The notes under the pieces: model-generated
The model's input: the letters and a program-made list of their open reading frames with translations, nothing else
The model's database searches: none
Told to the model about the DNA's origin: nothing
Program-made: the position numbers and the translations under genes
IMG/VR virus record: IMGVR_UViG_3300014656_000018
Location: 1-64,000 of that record
Direction: 5' to 3' (one strand)
Length of the DNA: 64,000 nt
Source: a virus
Shown: positions 28,826 through 37,788 of the stretch, piece after piece
How positions within the stretch are numbered: the stretch's first letter is position 1
How the letters are laid out: each line of letters begins with the position of its first letter

Positions 28826-28855
28826 GGTAAAAATTTCTATTATTTGGATATAAGA
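28826..28855 (+). promoter_or_regulatory. Putative phage early promoter (A-tract...GGATATAAGA)
   Basis: Recurrent motif. Confidence 0.4.
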
Positions 28856-29071
28856 GTAAGGATATGAGTTAAGACTGAAAGCTGAAAATGAGATATATAA
28901 CCTTGTGTAACACAATCAGCTGCCTATCGAACAATGAATACTCCTGGCCCGACGGTACCATTCATATAGAAGCTGACTGACAGTTCTGTTATTGCTGATG
29001 AAGTGGTAGAAAGCTCATTAAGCTTTTCAAGCATGCTTACTGGTCTCTTCAAGCAGAGAAGATTCCATAAT

Positions 29072-29101
29072 GAAAAATAAAAGGGTTAAAAAGGTATAAG
29101 A
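29072..29101 (+). promoter_or_regulatory. Putative phage early promoter (GAAAAAT...GGTATAAGA) upstream of the tRNA
   Basis: Same G-A-tract to ATAAGA spacing (24 nt) as 11921-11950. Confidence 0.5.
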
Positions 29102-29159
29102 GTATTGAGAAGGGCAAACGCGCCAAAAAAGGAAAAGATAAAGCGAATGCCCATTTTTT

Positions 29160-29235
29160 ACTCCCAGGTAGGAATGGTCTTCCTAAGGGATCTTATAAGT
29201 CTCTAAAACCGGTTCAATTCCGGATGGGAGTACCA
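29160..29235 (+). tRNA. tRNA-Ile(UAU)
   Basis: 76-nt cloverleaf: acceptor ACTCCCA/TGGGAGT, D stem TAGG/CCTA, anticodon loop CTTATAA (TAT at 29194-29196), T loop TTCAATT, discriminator A, encoded CCA. Confidence 0.85.
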
Positions 29236-29261
29236 ACAGGGGGGGAGTAAGGAGGTAGGGT

Positions 29262-29366
29262 ATGGCAAGCCACGAGGAGTTTTCAACGTCCGTGGAAGAG
29301 AGTTTGGGGTTGGGGGATTGGGAGGAGGAGGAAGAGGAGGAAGATAAGGAGGACGAGGAGGATTAG
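29262..29366 (+). CDS. 34-aa hyper-acidic micropeptide (not in ORF track)
   Basis: Perfect SD TAAGGAGGT; MASHEEFSTSVEESLGLGDWEEEEEEEDKEDEED. Confidence 0.65.
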   Translation: MASHEEFSTSVEESLGLGDWEEEEEEEDKEDEED

Positions 29367-29376
29367 AAGGAAAAAG

Positions 29377-29538
29377 ATGTTTAGGATATTTCTTGCCTCA
29401 ATCTTTGTCAGTTTCTTCGGGGAAATTGGGCTCCAGCTGGCATTATGCAGAGCTGATGTAGAAAGGAGCTTGCTGGGAAATGAAGCTGACATTCTGCCGG
29501 CTGATAAAAGAAATAGAGGGACAACGCCTGCTATGTGA
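29377..29538 (+). CDS. 53-aa peptide with a hydrophobic N-terminus (not in ORF track)
   Basis: AAGGA RBS; MFRIFLASIFVSFFGEIGLQLALC... Confidence 0.4.
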   Translation: MFRIFLASIFVSFFGEIGLQLALCRADVERSLLGNEADILPADKRNRGTTPAM

Positions 29539-29716
29539 TACTGCGGAATGCGAAACCTGTCTACTGCTGGATAAGTATATAGAAGATAAATATGGGGGGA
29601 GAGTGGATTACCTCTGCTCCGGCTGTGTGGAGCAGAGAAGGTCTACTGGTTTTTACTCTACAGGGAAATGTGACCTATGTCATCAGCAAGTGATGATTTT
29701 GCACATCTGCCTATAA
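29480..29716 (+). CDS. Small Cys-rich (Zn-binding) protein
   Basis: CETC, CSGC, CDLC; AAGGAG upstream. Confidence 0.55.
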   Translation: MKLTFCRLIKEIEGQRLLCDTAECETCLLLDKYIEDKYGGRVDYLCSGCVEQRRSTGFYSTGKCDLCHQQVMILHICL

Positions 29717-29985
29717 GCAGCCCGGTTCTCCAAAATGGGCACAATCTACCAAGGTGTGCCTTATGTGGAGAGCCCTTTGAGCCAGATAATGAAGATGAGA
29801 TAATTCTTGTAATTCATCCAATGTTACTGGAGACCAGCAAGAAGTCTGGGAGAGTAAGATTGGTTGATTATGAGTTCAATGTACAAAGAAACGGTCTGGA
29901 CGGTTTGGGGAAGTTCTATTGGCATTATGAATGTGCGGTAGAACAGTTACTGGACCCATCTGTAATAGGACACTTCTATGACTAG
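29677..29985 (+). CDS. Small Zn-finger protein
   Basis: CALC...WHYEC treble-clef-like pattern. Confidence 0.55.
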   Translation: MSSASDDFAHLPISSPVLQNGHNLPRCALCGEPFEPDNEDEIILVIHPMLLETSKKSGRVRLVDYEFNVQRNGLDGLGKFYWHYECAVEQLLDPSVIGHFYD

Positions 29986-31910
29986 ACCTGTTGAGTAGCG
30001 GGTCCCCTCATAGGAGCACGTATCTCAGGAGGAGGAAGATTAGCTGAGCCGGATCCTTGCTGATAGAGCATCTGTGTCACCATCTGGTATACTTCGGGAT
30101 GCTCCAGCCTTAGCCTGGCCAGCTCCTGGTATTTCAGGTTGTTGTCCAGCTGGTTGATATATCCAACAACCCGCTGAGCCATCATCTGAATATCAAGACC
30201 GCCTCCTCCGGTAACTGTTTGAGAGTTAAGAGGCGACTGAGCAAAGCCTGTAGGCTGCTGCTCAGCGGGAGGCTGTCCACCCGGTGGGGGAGGCATTCCT
30301 TCTCCACCGGGTGGCTGACCTTCCATACCGGGCATTCCCTGAGAGGCCTGCATCATACTCTGTGCCTTGGCCTGATATTTTTGCTGAATAAGCATAGCTT
30401 CACCGGCAGCCTCTGCTCCCTGCACCTGCTGGCTCTTCTGGCGGTCAAACTTTGCTTTACTTTCCGCCTCTATCTGCTTCCTCTCATTCTGATAGTCATA
30501 GTCTCTGGTAGTCAGTAGAGTTTGCTCTGATATCTTATCTGCCATGTTGAGCTGCAGATCAAAAGCAGCTCTTTGAAGATCATCAGCCATCTTGAATGGA
30601 GTAAGGCCGGTCTTTATCGCCTTCCAGGACATCCATGTACTTACTTTTTTAACTATGAATCTGAGCAGACCCAGCATATCGCTACGAGTCCCCAGAAATT
30701 CATTCTCCATCATACGCATGGATACTGATGAACCACTATATGAAAGTCCCCCAAAGACGAGCTCCTGGGGGGTTCCACAGCCTGCAACTATATGTTCTGA
30801 GAGTAATCTGATTTCATCAGACATCATAAGGGCCTTGGCATCACCCCCAATTACCTGATGACCAACGGGAAGAGGCATTATAGGAAAGTAAGAGGCATCC
30901 TGCTTCCAGTTATTTACTTCCTCCTTTACCCTCTCCTCCCAACCACTAATCTGTACTGTGCTATATGGGTCTGAGGTTGTAGAGCTGGGCTGAGGAAACA
31001 AGATTCTCAGAGGAACGATATGCTCATGAGCAATCATCTCCTGAGCTTTCTGCAGCTGTTGTAGGAGATAGATATGCTTCAGCACGGGAAGCATTCTGGG
31101 GATACCCAGACCCATGTTCAGGTGAGAGATCGATGCTCTTTTATAGTGAAATATATTATCCGGAGATATTACCAAGGATTTATTCAGACGTAGAGACTCG
31201 ACAAAGGAGTGTGGTATTGTCTCCAGAATATCTTTCTTCTCCAGGATGATGTTGTTCTTCACCGCTAATGGTATCTCATAGTAGTAAATAGCTTCCTGAG
31301 TTATGGGATTGAAATCTATATTTATTGCTTCCGGATCCCATCTGATTAAACGTATGCCCCTGGAGGATTGTAGAGGCTTATCCTCTACAATTGCAGGATT
31401 ATTGGAGCTACATTTTTTACAGGCAAGCCAGTACTGGAAGGATCTGAACTTGTATGACGCCTTACCAATATCTATTGATGCACCACAGCTACGACATTTC
31501 AGATTCTTCCGGAAGGGGTAGTATAGGGACACATAACAGTTTCCATAGCACTCCTTATCCAGATTCGCCTCGATAAGAAATGGACGGATACGTAGGTGGT
31601 CCTCCATGAACTCCCGCCATCTCTCCTTGAGGGCGCTATCCTCCGTCTCATACGTAACTGCTGTGACCGGATACATAGCTGTCTTGGATACAACTGAGCT
31701 TACCAGTGGGCTGGTCAGTGTATAATACCTACAGAAGCGGAACAGGTGCTTGATGGTGGAGGGTAGATAGGTTGTGGCTATATCAAAGAACGGGGAAGGG
31801 TAGCTAATAACAGATGAGCTGGACCCTTGTGTTCCAGAGCTGCTACCGGAGTATCCTGCAGTTCTGAATCCACCACCAGGACCCGCACCACTTCCGGAGA
31901 AAGGAGGCAA
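29982..31910 (-). CDS. Portal protein with a Zn-ribbon insert
   Basis: YGNCYVS, NIFHYK...GLGIP, GTPQELVFGGLSYSG portal-like motifs; CRSC...CKKC insert; Q/P/G-rich tail. Confidence 0.75.
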   Translation of the reverse strand: MPPFSGSGAGPGGGFRTAGYSGSSSGTQGSSSSVISYPSPFFDIATTYLPSTIKHLFRFCRYYTLTSPLVSSVVSKTAMYPVTAVTYETEDSALKERWREFMEDHLRIRPFLIEANLDKECYGNCYVSLYYPFRKNLKCRSCGASIDIGKASYKFRSFQYWLACKKCSSNNPAIVEDKPLQSSRGIRLIRWDPEAINIDFNPITQEAIYYYEIPLAVKNNIILEKKDILETIPHSFVESLRLNKSLVISPDNIFHYKRASISHLNMGLGIPRMLPVLKHIYLLQQLQKAQEMIAHEHIVPLRILFPQPSSTTSDPYSTVQISGWEERVKEEVNNWKQDASYFPIMPLPVGHQVIGGDAKALMMSDEIRLLSEHIVAGCGTPQELVFGGLSYSGSSVSMRMMENEFLGTRSDMLGLLRFIVKKVSTWMSWKAIKTGLTPFKMADDLQRAAFDLQLNMADKISEQTLLTTRDYDYQNERKQIEAESKAKFDRQKSQQVQGAEAAGEAMLIQQKYQAKAQSMMQASQGMPGMEGQPPGGEGMPPPPGGQPPAEQQPTGFAQSPLNSQTVTGGGGLDIQMMAQRVVGYINQLDNNLKYQELARLRLEHPEVYQMVTQMLYQQGSGSANLPPPEIRAPMRGPATQQV

Positions 31911-31922
31911 TATAAACTCCTA

Positions 31923-32627
31923 TCAGAGCTGCTTATCATCTTTCAGCAGCACCATTTGCTGCTTCATCTGAGCATCCCGCATCTCCGCATAGTTTCTTGC
32001 AGTCAAGATACGTGCTAGCTGTATATCTACAGGATTCTCCTCCAGAAGTCCACCACTGTACTCTGCGAGGGCTGTCCTGACAGCCTTATTTTCTCTGATA
32101 AGAGGGGATGCAAATCTTAGGGTGTCCGGACAGTATGCTACATCCTCATCCAGCAATACTGCAGCAACGTAAGGAGGAACCTCTTCCTGAAAAGGCTCAT
32201 TACGGGTCGTACCCATTATTCCCACAGCATTCCACAGCTGTGGGAGGGAGCACCTCTGCGTAATATCAAATTGGGGTATGTTATTGTTGAGAGCCTGCAC
32301 CACCTTCTCAAAGACCTGCCACGACCTCCAAGGAGAATCAGTGATGTGCAGGGTTCTCATCGCCTCTATCTTATTCTTATTCATGTCACTGACGGTAGTT
32401 GAGAACATGCTTTGAAGCTCTGACCAGATGGTCTTGGCATCCCACGCATAGTAATCAGTACCAAAGGACTTCAATAGTAGGAGATCCAGCACAAATGGGT
32501 GAGCATCATGATGCGCCAAAAGGTTTCTCTTGGATACAGATTTATAGCTGACCTCCCCCCGAGAGGGGGGAGGATCAACCAATAGCCTATTTATAAATGC
32601 CTCTTCTGAAGATATCTTATGGGTCAT
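31923..32627 (-). CDS. Hypothetical late protein
   Basis: 234 aa, helical, coupled within the operon. Confidence 0.65.
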   Translation of the reverse strand: MTHKISSEEAFINRLLVDPPPSRGEVSYKSVSKRNLLAHHDAHPFVLDLLLLKSFGTDYYAWDAKTIWSELQSMFSTTVSDMNKNKIEAMRTLHITDSPWRSWQVFEKVVQALNNNIPQFDITQRCSLPQLWNAVGIMGTTRNEPFQEEVPPYVAAVLLDEDVAYCPDTLRFASPLIRENKAVRTALAEYSGGLLEENPVDIQLARILTARNYAEMRDAQMKQQMVLLKDDKQL

Positions 32628-33568
32628 CAGGTCTGATCAACATAGAAGATGGAAACAGGATCAGAGTAAACACCATCTGCTGACACCATAAAGGGCACCG
32701 TATGGTTTATTGTCAAGGTGGCAGTAAATGCAGCATGATCACCATCTACCAGAACCATAAGGCATGTATCCGATGGAAACAGAACAGCACCAGCCTGATT
32801 GATAGGATACTGCGTGGTACTGTGGGTATAGCGAGCTGTAGTGGTCACATGACCAAACTGGAAGGTATGGGCATCTGCAGTATAGCCGGTGGTACCTTTG
32901 ACGGCTGTAACGCTATCAGCTCCAGCCATGTTTGTGGCACTGAGATTCCCCAGCCTGATATAGGTTGACCCGGCAGCAGTAGCTGCAGCACCGGTGGTGG
33001 TGAACTCACCAGCTGTAATGGCACCACCACCTGTACCTCCAGTGTAACCGACAACAGCGAGCAGAAGAGATGCATCAGGATCGGCTGCTACCACTGTACG
33101 AATATTGGTTGGTGTGGATACACCATCCTGATAGGTGATCCAAATCTTATGTCTCCCGTCAGCACCGGCTGTATATGTGCATGCAGCACCAGCAGCGGAT
33201 ATCATGGCAATATCAATCTTTGGATCACCAGGAGTCAGGGCGACAAGACGCATGCCGGAGTTGATTCCAGCCACATCCCCGATGAGAACATTCTCCCGGC
33301 TGACATTCATATCGAAGTTATACCCGACAAGAGTCAGAGTCGTGTCAGCATCATTGGCTATACCATACTGAGACGTGAGGACCTTATCTACTACACCAAT
33401 AGCCTGGCTAAGCATAGGAGCATAACCAGCGGCAACAGACTGCTCTTGAATAGCAAGAGCTGTATGGACATGTGACCTGAGCCTATCAATCTCTGCTGCC
33501 AGCCCACCGGGACCTCTCAGAAGGTGGAGCTTTCTCATCGAGCGCCGGAAAGATCTTGCAACCGTCAT
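32627..33568 (-). CDS. Virion decoration/fibre protein with one repeat unit; paralog of the next gene
   Basis: Shares the N-terminal HxLRGxGGxxAEI motif and the GIANDADTTL...VLIGDVAGINSG unit with 33595-37788. Confidence 0.7.
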   Translation of the reverse strand: MTVARSFRRSMRKLHLLRGPGGLAAEIDRLRSHVHTALAIQEQSVAAGYAPMLSQAIGVVDKVLTSQYGIANDADTTLTLVGYNFDMNVSRENVLIGDVAGINSGMRLVALTPGDPKIDIAMISAAGAACTYTAGADGRHKIWITYQDGVSTPTNIRTVVAADPDASLLLAVVGYTGGTGGGAITAGEFTTTGAAATAAGSTYIRLGNLSATNMAGADSVTAVKGTTGYTADAHTFQFGHVTTTARYTHSTTQYPINQAGAVLFPSDTCLMVLVDGDHAAFTATLTINHTVPFMVSADGVYSDPVSIFYVDQT

Positions 33569-33594
33569 TTTCTAACTCCTTGCATCCAGACGTA

Positions 33595-36500
33595 TTATAC
33601 GCTGTCAACATACCTGACCTGGGTTGTAACAGTCTCTCCATTTGCGCCCAGGATAAAGTCTGCCACTGCCCCCAAGGGGAGAACGTTGGTAAACTCTGCA
33701 TTATCACCATCTACCACAACACGTAGAACGGTATTGCTCGGTCTCCCAGGATAAGGCTGGGTAGACTGGTCTGCAGGATAGGCAAGGGCACCATGATCAT
33801 ATCGAGCTACCGTAGCTACTCCAGAATAGTTAAAGGAGTGCACTGCTGTCAAAGCAGCCGTCGCAGCTGTGGGAACAGCAGTACCACCAGCTGCACCTAG
33901 ATTGGCGAAGTCTCCAGTTGCCAGAACACCAAGAGCTACGTAACCGGAAGTGGCAGGATTGGTGGTAGCTGCTGTCATATCCAGGCGGTTGATAAGAATA
34001 CCACCACCGGATGTAGAGCCGTCCTCTCCGGTAATAGCAATCAAGGCAGCCGCAGCAGCGACAGCACCCAGGGTTGCCTGCAAAGTAGTGACCGTGCTTG
34101 CTGCACCGTTAAGAGTGATATGAATGTCATGATATGGAGCATTGAGTGTATATGTAATTACCTCTGCCCCATTCTCGATAAAAGCGAGACGTATGGTTGT
34201 AATACCGGGATCAATGGCTGTAATTCTAAAGGGTGTATTTGCAATATTAGGATCTATAGCACACTCATCCCTTCCTACACCACCATTGAAATTGCTACCA
34301 ACGATGCGCAGTGTGGCATCAGCATCGTCGGCAATACCTGTCAGGCCAGTGCATCCCTTATCTACCAGACCGGCAACAGATAGAATGGTGGGAAGAGGAG
34401 GAGCAGTGTCTACATAGTTCAACGCAACAGCGTTAGACCACAGGGTGGCATTCTGGATACGGAAAGTGTATGCTTGATGTCTTGTAAGACCAGCAAAAGC
34501 GACATCATCACCATCCAGCGTGAGCATAAGAGTGCCATCACTGGGGTATGTCATGGGGGACAGAGACTGATCTACAGGATAAACACCTGCAGCTGATTGC
34601 TCATGAATAAACAGTGCGGCAGTAGTAATACCACCATACTCGAAGGAATAACCTGCAAACACAGCCGTACCGGCTGTTACAGTGCCTGTAGCTCCGGGAA
34701 TATTGGCTCCAGTAAGAGCATTCAAAGCAATATACGCCGATGTAGCAGGATTGTTTGTTGCCCCCAGAGTGTCAATCTCGTTGGCAGCAATTACACCGAC
34801 CCCACTGGATGTATCTGCACCGGTGATGGCAATCAGGGATCGTGCTGTAGCTTCAGTAAGAAGTAAAGTTCTCAAAGAAGTCGGTGTGCTAACACCACCA
34901 TTATAATTGATATGGATCTGATGATCAGCTCCAGTCAGGGTATATGTAATTGCCTCTGCGGCATTATCGAAGAAGGCTACCTGAATTGTAGTGAGTCCGG
35001 GAGCCAGAGCAGCAACTCTAAAGTCAGAGTTGGCAGCAGCACAGTCTACTACACAGGTATCTCTTCCCAAACCTGCATTGAAGTTGGTTCCACTAATGGA
35101 AAGCACAGTATCTACGTCATTTGCAACACCTGGAAAGTCTGCCCCCATCTTGTCTATCTGATCTGTCTGCGCATCAGCAATAGTTGCAGCCGTTGCAGCA
35201 ACGCTAGTAACCCTACAAACAGACACAGGAGTCGACCACCTACTATTGCCAGCAACCAGGAAAGAGTAAGGATAGTAGCGAGTGAGGCTGGAGAAATCGG
35301 CGTGGTTACTGTCCATGGCAAGCATCAGGGTAGTATCACTAGGATATTCCTGAAGAGATCCGAACTGATTTGAGGGATACACTAACTCTGCTACATCCTG
35401 CTCATGTGTAAACCTGGCAGGGGTAAAGACACCAGCATAACTAAAGCCATAACCACTAAACGTTCCGGCCCCGGCAGTAACCACACCAACAGCGCCCGGA
35501 ATGTTAGCTCCGGTAAGAGCGTTGAGAGCCACATAAGCAGAGGTAGCAGGAACTATAGTAGCTCCCAAAGTATCAATCTCACCTGCTCCTATAAGACCAG
35601 CTCCGGTACCACCATCCTCCCCGGTAATCGTGATAAGGGTACGGGCTGTAGCTTCCGCCAGAAGAGCAGTCCTGAGAGCCGCAGGACTAGTAGGAAGAGC
35701 GTTATCATACTCAAAATGGATAGAGTGGACTCCACCTATGAGGGTATAGGTGCAGGTGATCGCCCCAGCTGCTGGAGTATCAATCATGGCGATCTGAATA
35801 TTTGATGTACCAGGATTGATAGCATGAATTCTGAAATCAGCATTGGGAGTTAAAGCTGTAGTAATAACAGCTGTATCCCTACCCAGACCGGCATTGAAAT
35901 TAGCTCCCTGAAGCTTCAACACAGTGTCAGCAAAGGAGTCAATACCGAAGATTTGGGGGACGTTGGCATCGGCAGCAGCAGAATCTATACCGGTAAGAAC
36001 CGGAGGAGTAGCAGCCGAGCTGTCTATACGAAGAAGATTGATAGTGTTTGACCAGAGGCTTGTAGCAGCAACTCGGAAGGTATGCTGAGCATAAAGGGTC
36101 AAGCCGGAAAAATCCGCATGATTGCTATCTACCAGAACACGAAGCTTCGTGTTACTAGGCCTGTCCAGAGGATTGCCGACCTGACTGATAGGATACTGTG
36201 TAGCTTCATGCGTGAAGCGTGCAGCAGTAGAGATGGCAGCGTACTCGAAAGTATGGCTTCCACCAGTATCGGTAGCTGCAGTAACCGTACCTGTTCCGGC
36301 TCCGGGAAGATTTGCTCCAGTCATGGAGGCAAAAGCAATATATGCCGATGTGGCTGGAACAATGGTTGCCCCAAGAGTATCAATGGACCCAGCAGTAGTG
36401 ATAAAGGCAGCTCCTGTTTCACCATCATCCGCTGTGATGGCAATCAGGGTAGTGGCTGTAGCCTCTACCAGAAGAGCTGTCCTGAGAGTAGCTGGGGAAG

Positions 36501-37788
36501 TAGTAGCAGCATTGCTATCATACTGAAAATGAATAGAATGCACCCCTCCTATAAGAGTATATGTGCAGACGGGAGCACCCGCCGCAGGTACGTCAAAGAA
36601 GGCAAGCTGAATATTGGAAAGACCTGGATTCAGAGCTGTAATGTAAAAGGCGGTATTCGCATCCCCGGAATCCAGAAGAACTGCATCTCGTCCCACACCA
36701 ACATCAAAGCCAGTGCCTCGCAGCTCCAGGGTAGTGTCTGCATCATCGGCGACACCCATCATGGTGCTGTCATTTGCATCAGTCTTGTCTGTCTCTACCC
36801 CCTGAAGATAAACAGCTGAGGACGTTCCCACAGTGTCAACATAACGAACAGCCATCTCATTGCTACGGTATCCGTCAAGAGACAGGGTAAATGGATACAG
36901 ATACTGGGCAGTCAGAGTGGCAGTAAATGCAGCATGATCCCCATCTACCAGAACCCTGAGGTAGGTATCAGAAGGAAGCTGTACAGCGGCAACCTGGCTG
37001 ATAGGATACTGTGCTGCGGAGTGAGTAAACCTAGCAGCGGTGGAAATACCGGCAAAGCTAAAGCTGGTAGTTTTGGCTGCTCTACTCAGCAAACCATAGG
37101 TAACAACAACGCTATCAGCGCCGGGAAGGGTGGTTGTGGTGAGCTGCCCAAGACGCACATAAGCGGAGGTAGCCGAGGAAGCAGTAGCCCCCAGGGTGGA
37201 AATCTCACCTGCAGTAATTACCCCAGCACCAGTCCCTCCTGTGTAAGCCACTACAGCGATAAGACCCAAGGCTGTGGCCTCAGCAAGCACAGCAGCTCTT
37301 ATGTCTGTCGGGCGGCTGCCTGCACCCAAACCACCTCCGGTAGAATCATAGACAATATGAATCTTGTGACGGCCATCAGATCCCAAAGTATAGGTACAGG
37401 TCTCTGCGCCGGCAGTGACATCGTCAAAGAAGGCAACATCAATCTTCGGGTCTCCGGGAACTAAGGCTACGACCCGAATTCCGGAGTTGATGCCTGCTAC
37501 ATCTCCGATCAGGACACTATCTCTACCAATACCGACGTTGAAATTTACCCCAACAAGAGCGAGAGTAGTATCTGCATCGTTGGCGATACCATAGTTGAAT
37601 CCAGAATCCTTGTCCGCCACCCCAGCCAGCTGGGTGATGAACGGTCTGTTGGTACCGGCTTCAAGAGAAACAAAGGCCTCATCAACATCATCACGGAGAT
37701 CTGCGATCTCTGCTCCGATACCACCTGTACCACGCAGAATGTGCGGACGATCAGGGCGCTTCTGTCCAAAAAGTACGCTGTCACCCAT
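33595..37788 (-). CDS. Large virion decoration/fibre protein with five ~265-aa beta-rich repeats
   Basis: G[IV]xxxxDxxLxxxGxxFxxGxGRD recurs five times; Ala/Thr/Gly-rich. Confidence 0.75.
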   Translation of the reverse strand: MGDSVLFGQKRPDRPHILRGTGGIGAEIADLRDDVDEAFVSLEAGTNRPFITQLAGVADKDSGFNYGIANDADTTLALVGVNFNVGIGRDSVLIGDVAGINSGIRVVALVPGDPKIDVAFFDDVTAGAETCTYTLGSDGRHKIHIVYDSTGGGLGAGSRPTDIRAAVLAEATALGLIAVVAYTGGTGAGVITAGEISTLGATASSATSAYVRLGQLTTTTLPGADSVVVTYGLLSRAAKTTSFSFAGISTAARFTHSAAQYPISQVAAVQLPSDTYLRVLVDGDHAAFTATLTAQYLYPFTLSLDGYRSNEMAVRYVDTVGTSSAVYLQGVETDKTDANDSTMMGVADDADTTLELRGTGFDVGVGRDAVLLDSGDANTAFYITALNPGLSNIQLAFFDVPAAGAPVCTYTLIGGVHSIHFQYDSNAATTSPATLRTALLVEATATTLIAITADDGETGAAFITTAGSIDTLGATIVPATSAYIAFASMTGANLPGAGTGTVTAATDTGGSHTFEYAAISTAARFTHEATQYPISQVGNPLDRPSNTKLRVLVDSNHADFSGLTLYAQHTFRVAATSLWSNTINLLRIDSSAATPPVLTGIDSAAADANVPQIFGIDSFADTVLKLQGANFNAGLGRDTAVITTALTPNADFRIHAINPGTSNIQIAMIDTPAAGAITCTYTLIGGVHSIHFEYDNALPTSPAALRTALLAEATARTLITITGEDGGTGAGLIGAGEIDTLGATIVPATSAYVALNALTGANIPGAVGVVTAGAGTFSGYGFSYAGVFTPARFTHEQDVAELVYPSNQFGSLQEYPSDTTLMLAMDSNHADFSSLTRYYPYSFLVAGNSRWSTPVSVCRVTSVAATAATIADAQTDQIDKMGADFPGVANDVDTVLSISGTNFNAGLGRDTCVVDCAAANSDFRVAALAPGLTTIQVAFFDNAAEAITYTLTGADHQIHINYNGGVSTPTSLRTLLLTEATARSLIAITGADTSSGVGVIAANEIDTLGATNNPATSAYIALNALTGANIPGATGTVTAGTAVFAGYSFEYGGITTAALFIHEQSAAGVYPVDQSLSPMTYPSDGTLMLTLDGDDVAFAGLTRHQAYTFRIQNATLWSNAVALNYVDTAPPLPTILSVAGLVDKGCTGLTGIADDADATLRIVGSNFNGGVGRDECAIDPNIANTPFRITAIDPGITTIRLAFIENGAEVITYTLNAPYHDIHITLNGAASTVTTLQATLGAVAAAAALIAITGEDGSTSGGGILINRLDMTAATTNPATSGYVALGVLATGDFANLGAAGGTAVPTAATAALTAVHSFNYSGVATVARYDHGALAYPADQSTQPYPGRPSNTVLRVVVDGDNAEFTNVLPLGAVADFILGANGETVTTQVRYVDSV

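Noticed and set aside
28860-29080. Short ORFs or ncRNA between the two rightward promoter motifs
   Set aside because: Only fragments interrupted by stops, no clear RBS and no convincing structure.
29160-29235. tRNA read as an ochre suppressor (TTA) or tRNA-Sec, or as a prophage attachment site
   Set aside because: The 7-nt loop CTTATAA centres on TAT; there is no long variable arm; no integrase or duplicated 3' end is visible.
34120-37464. Numerous Cys/Ser-rich plus-strand ORFs in the ORF track, here and opposite other long genes
   Set aside because: Antisense shadows of Ala/Thr-rich minus-strand genes; no RBS and implausible composition.
33595-37788. Diversity-generating retroelement target/template pair
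   Set aside because: Repeat differences are not adenine-specific and no reverse transcriptase is present in the window.
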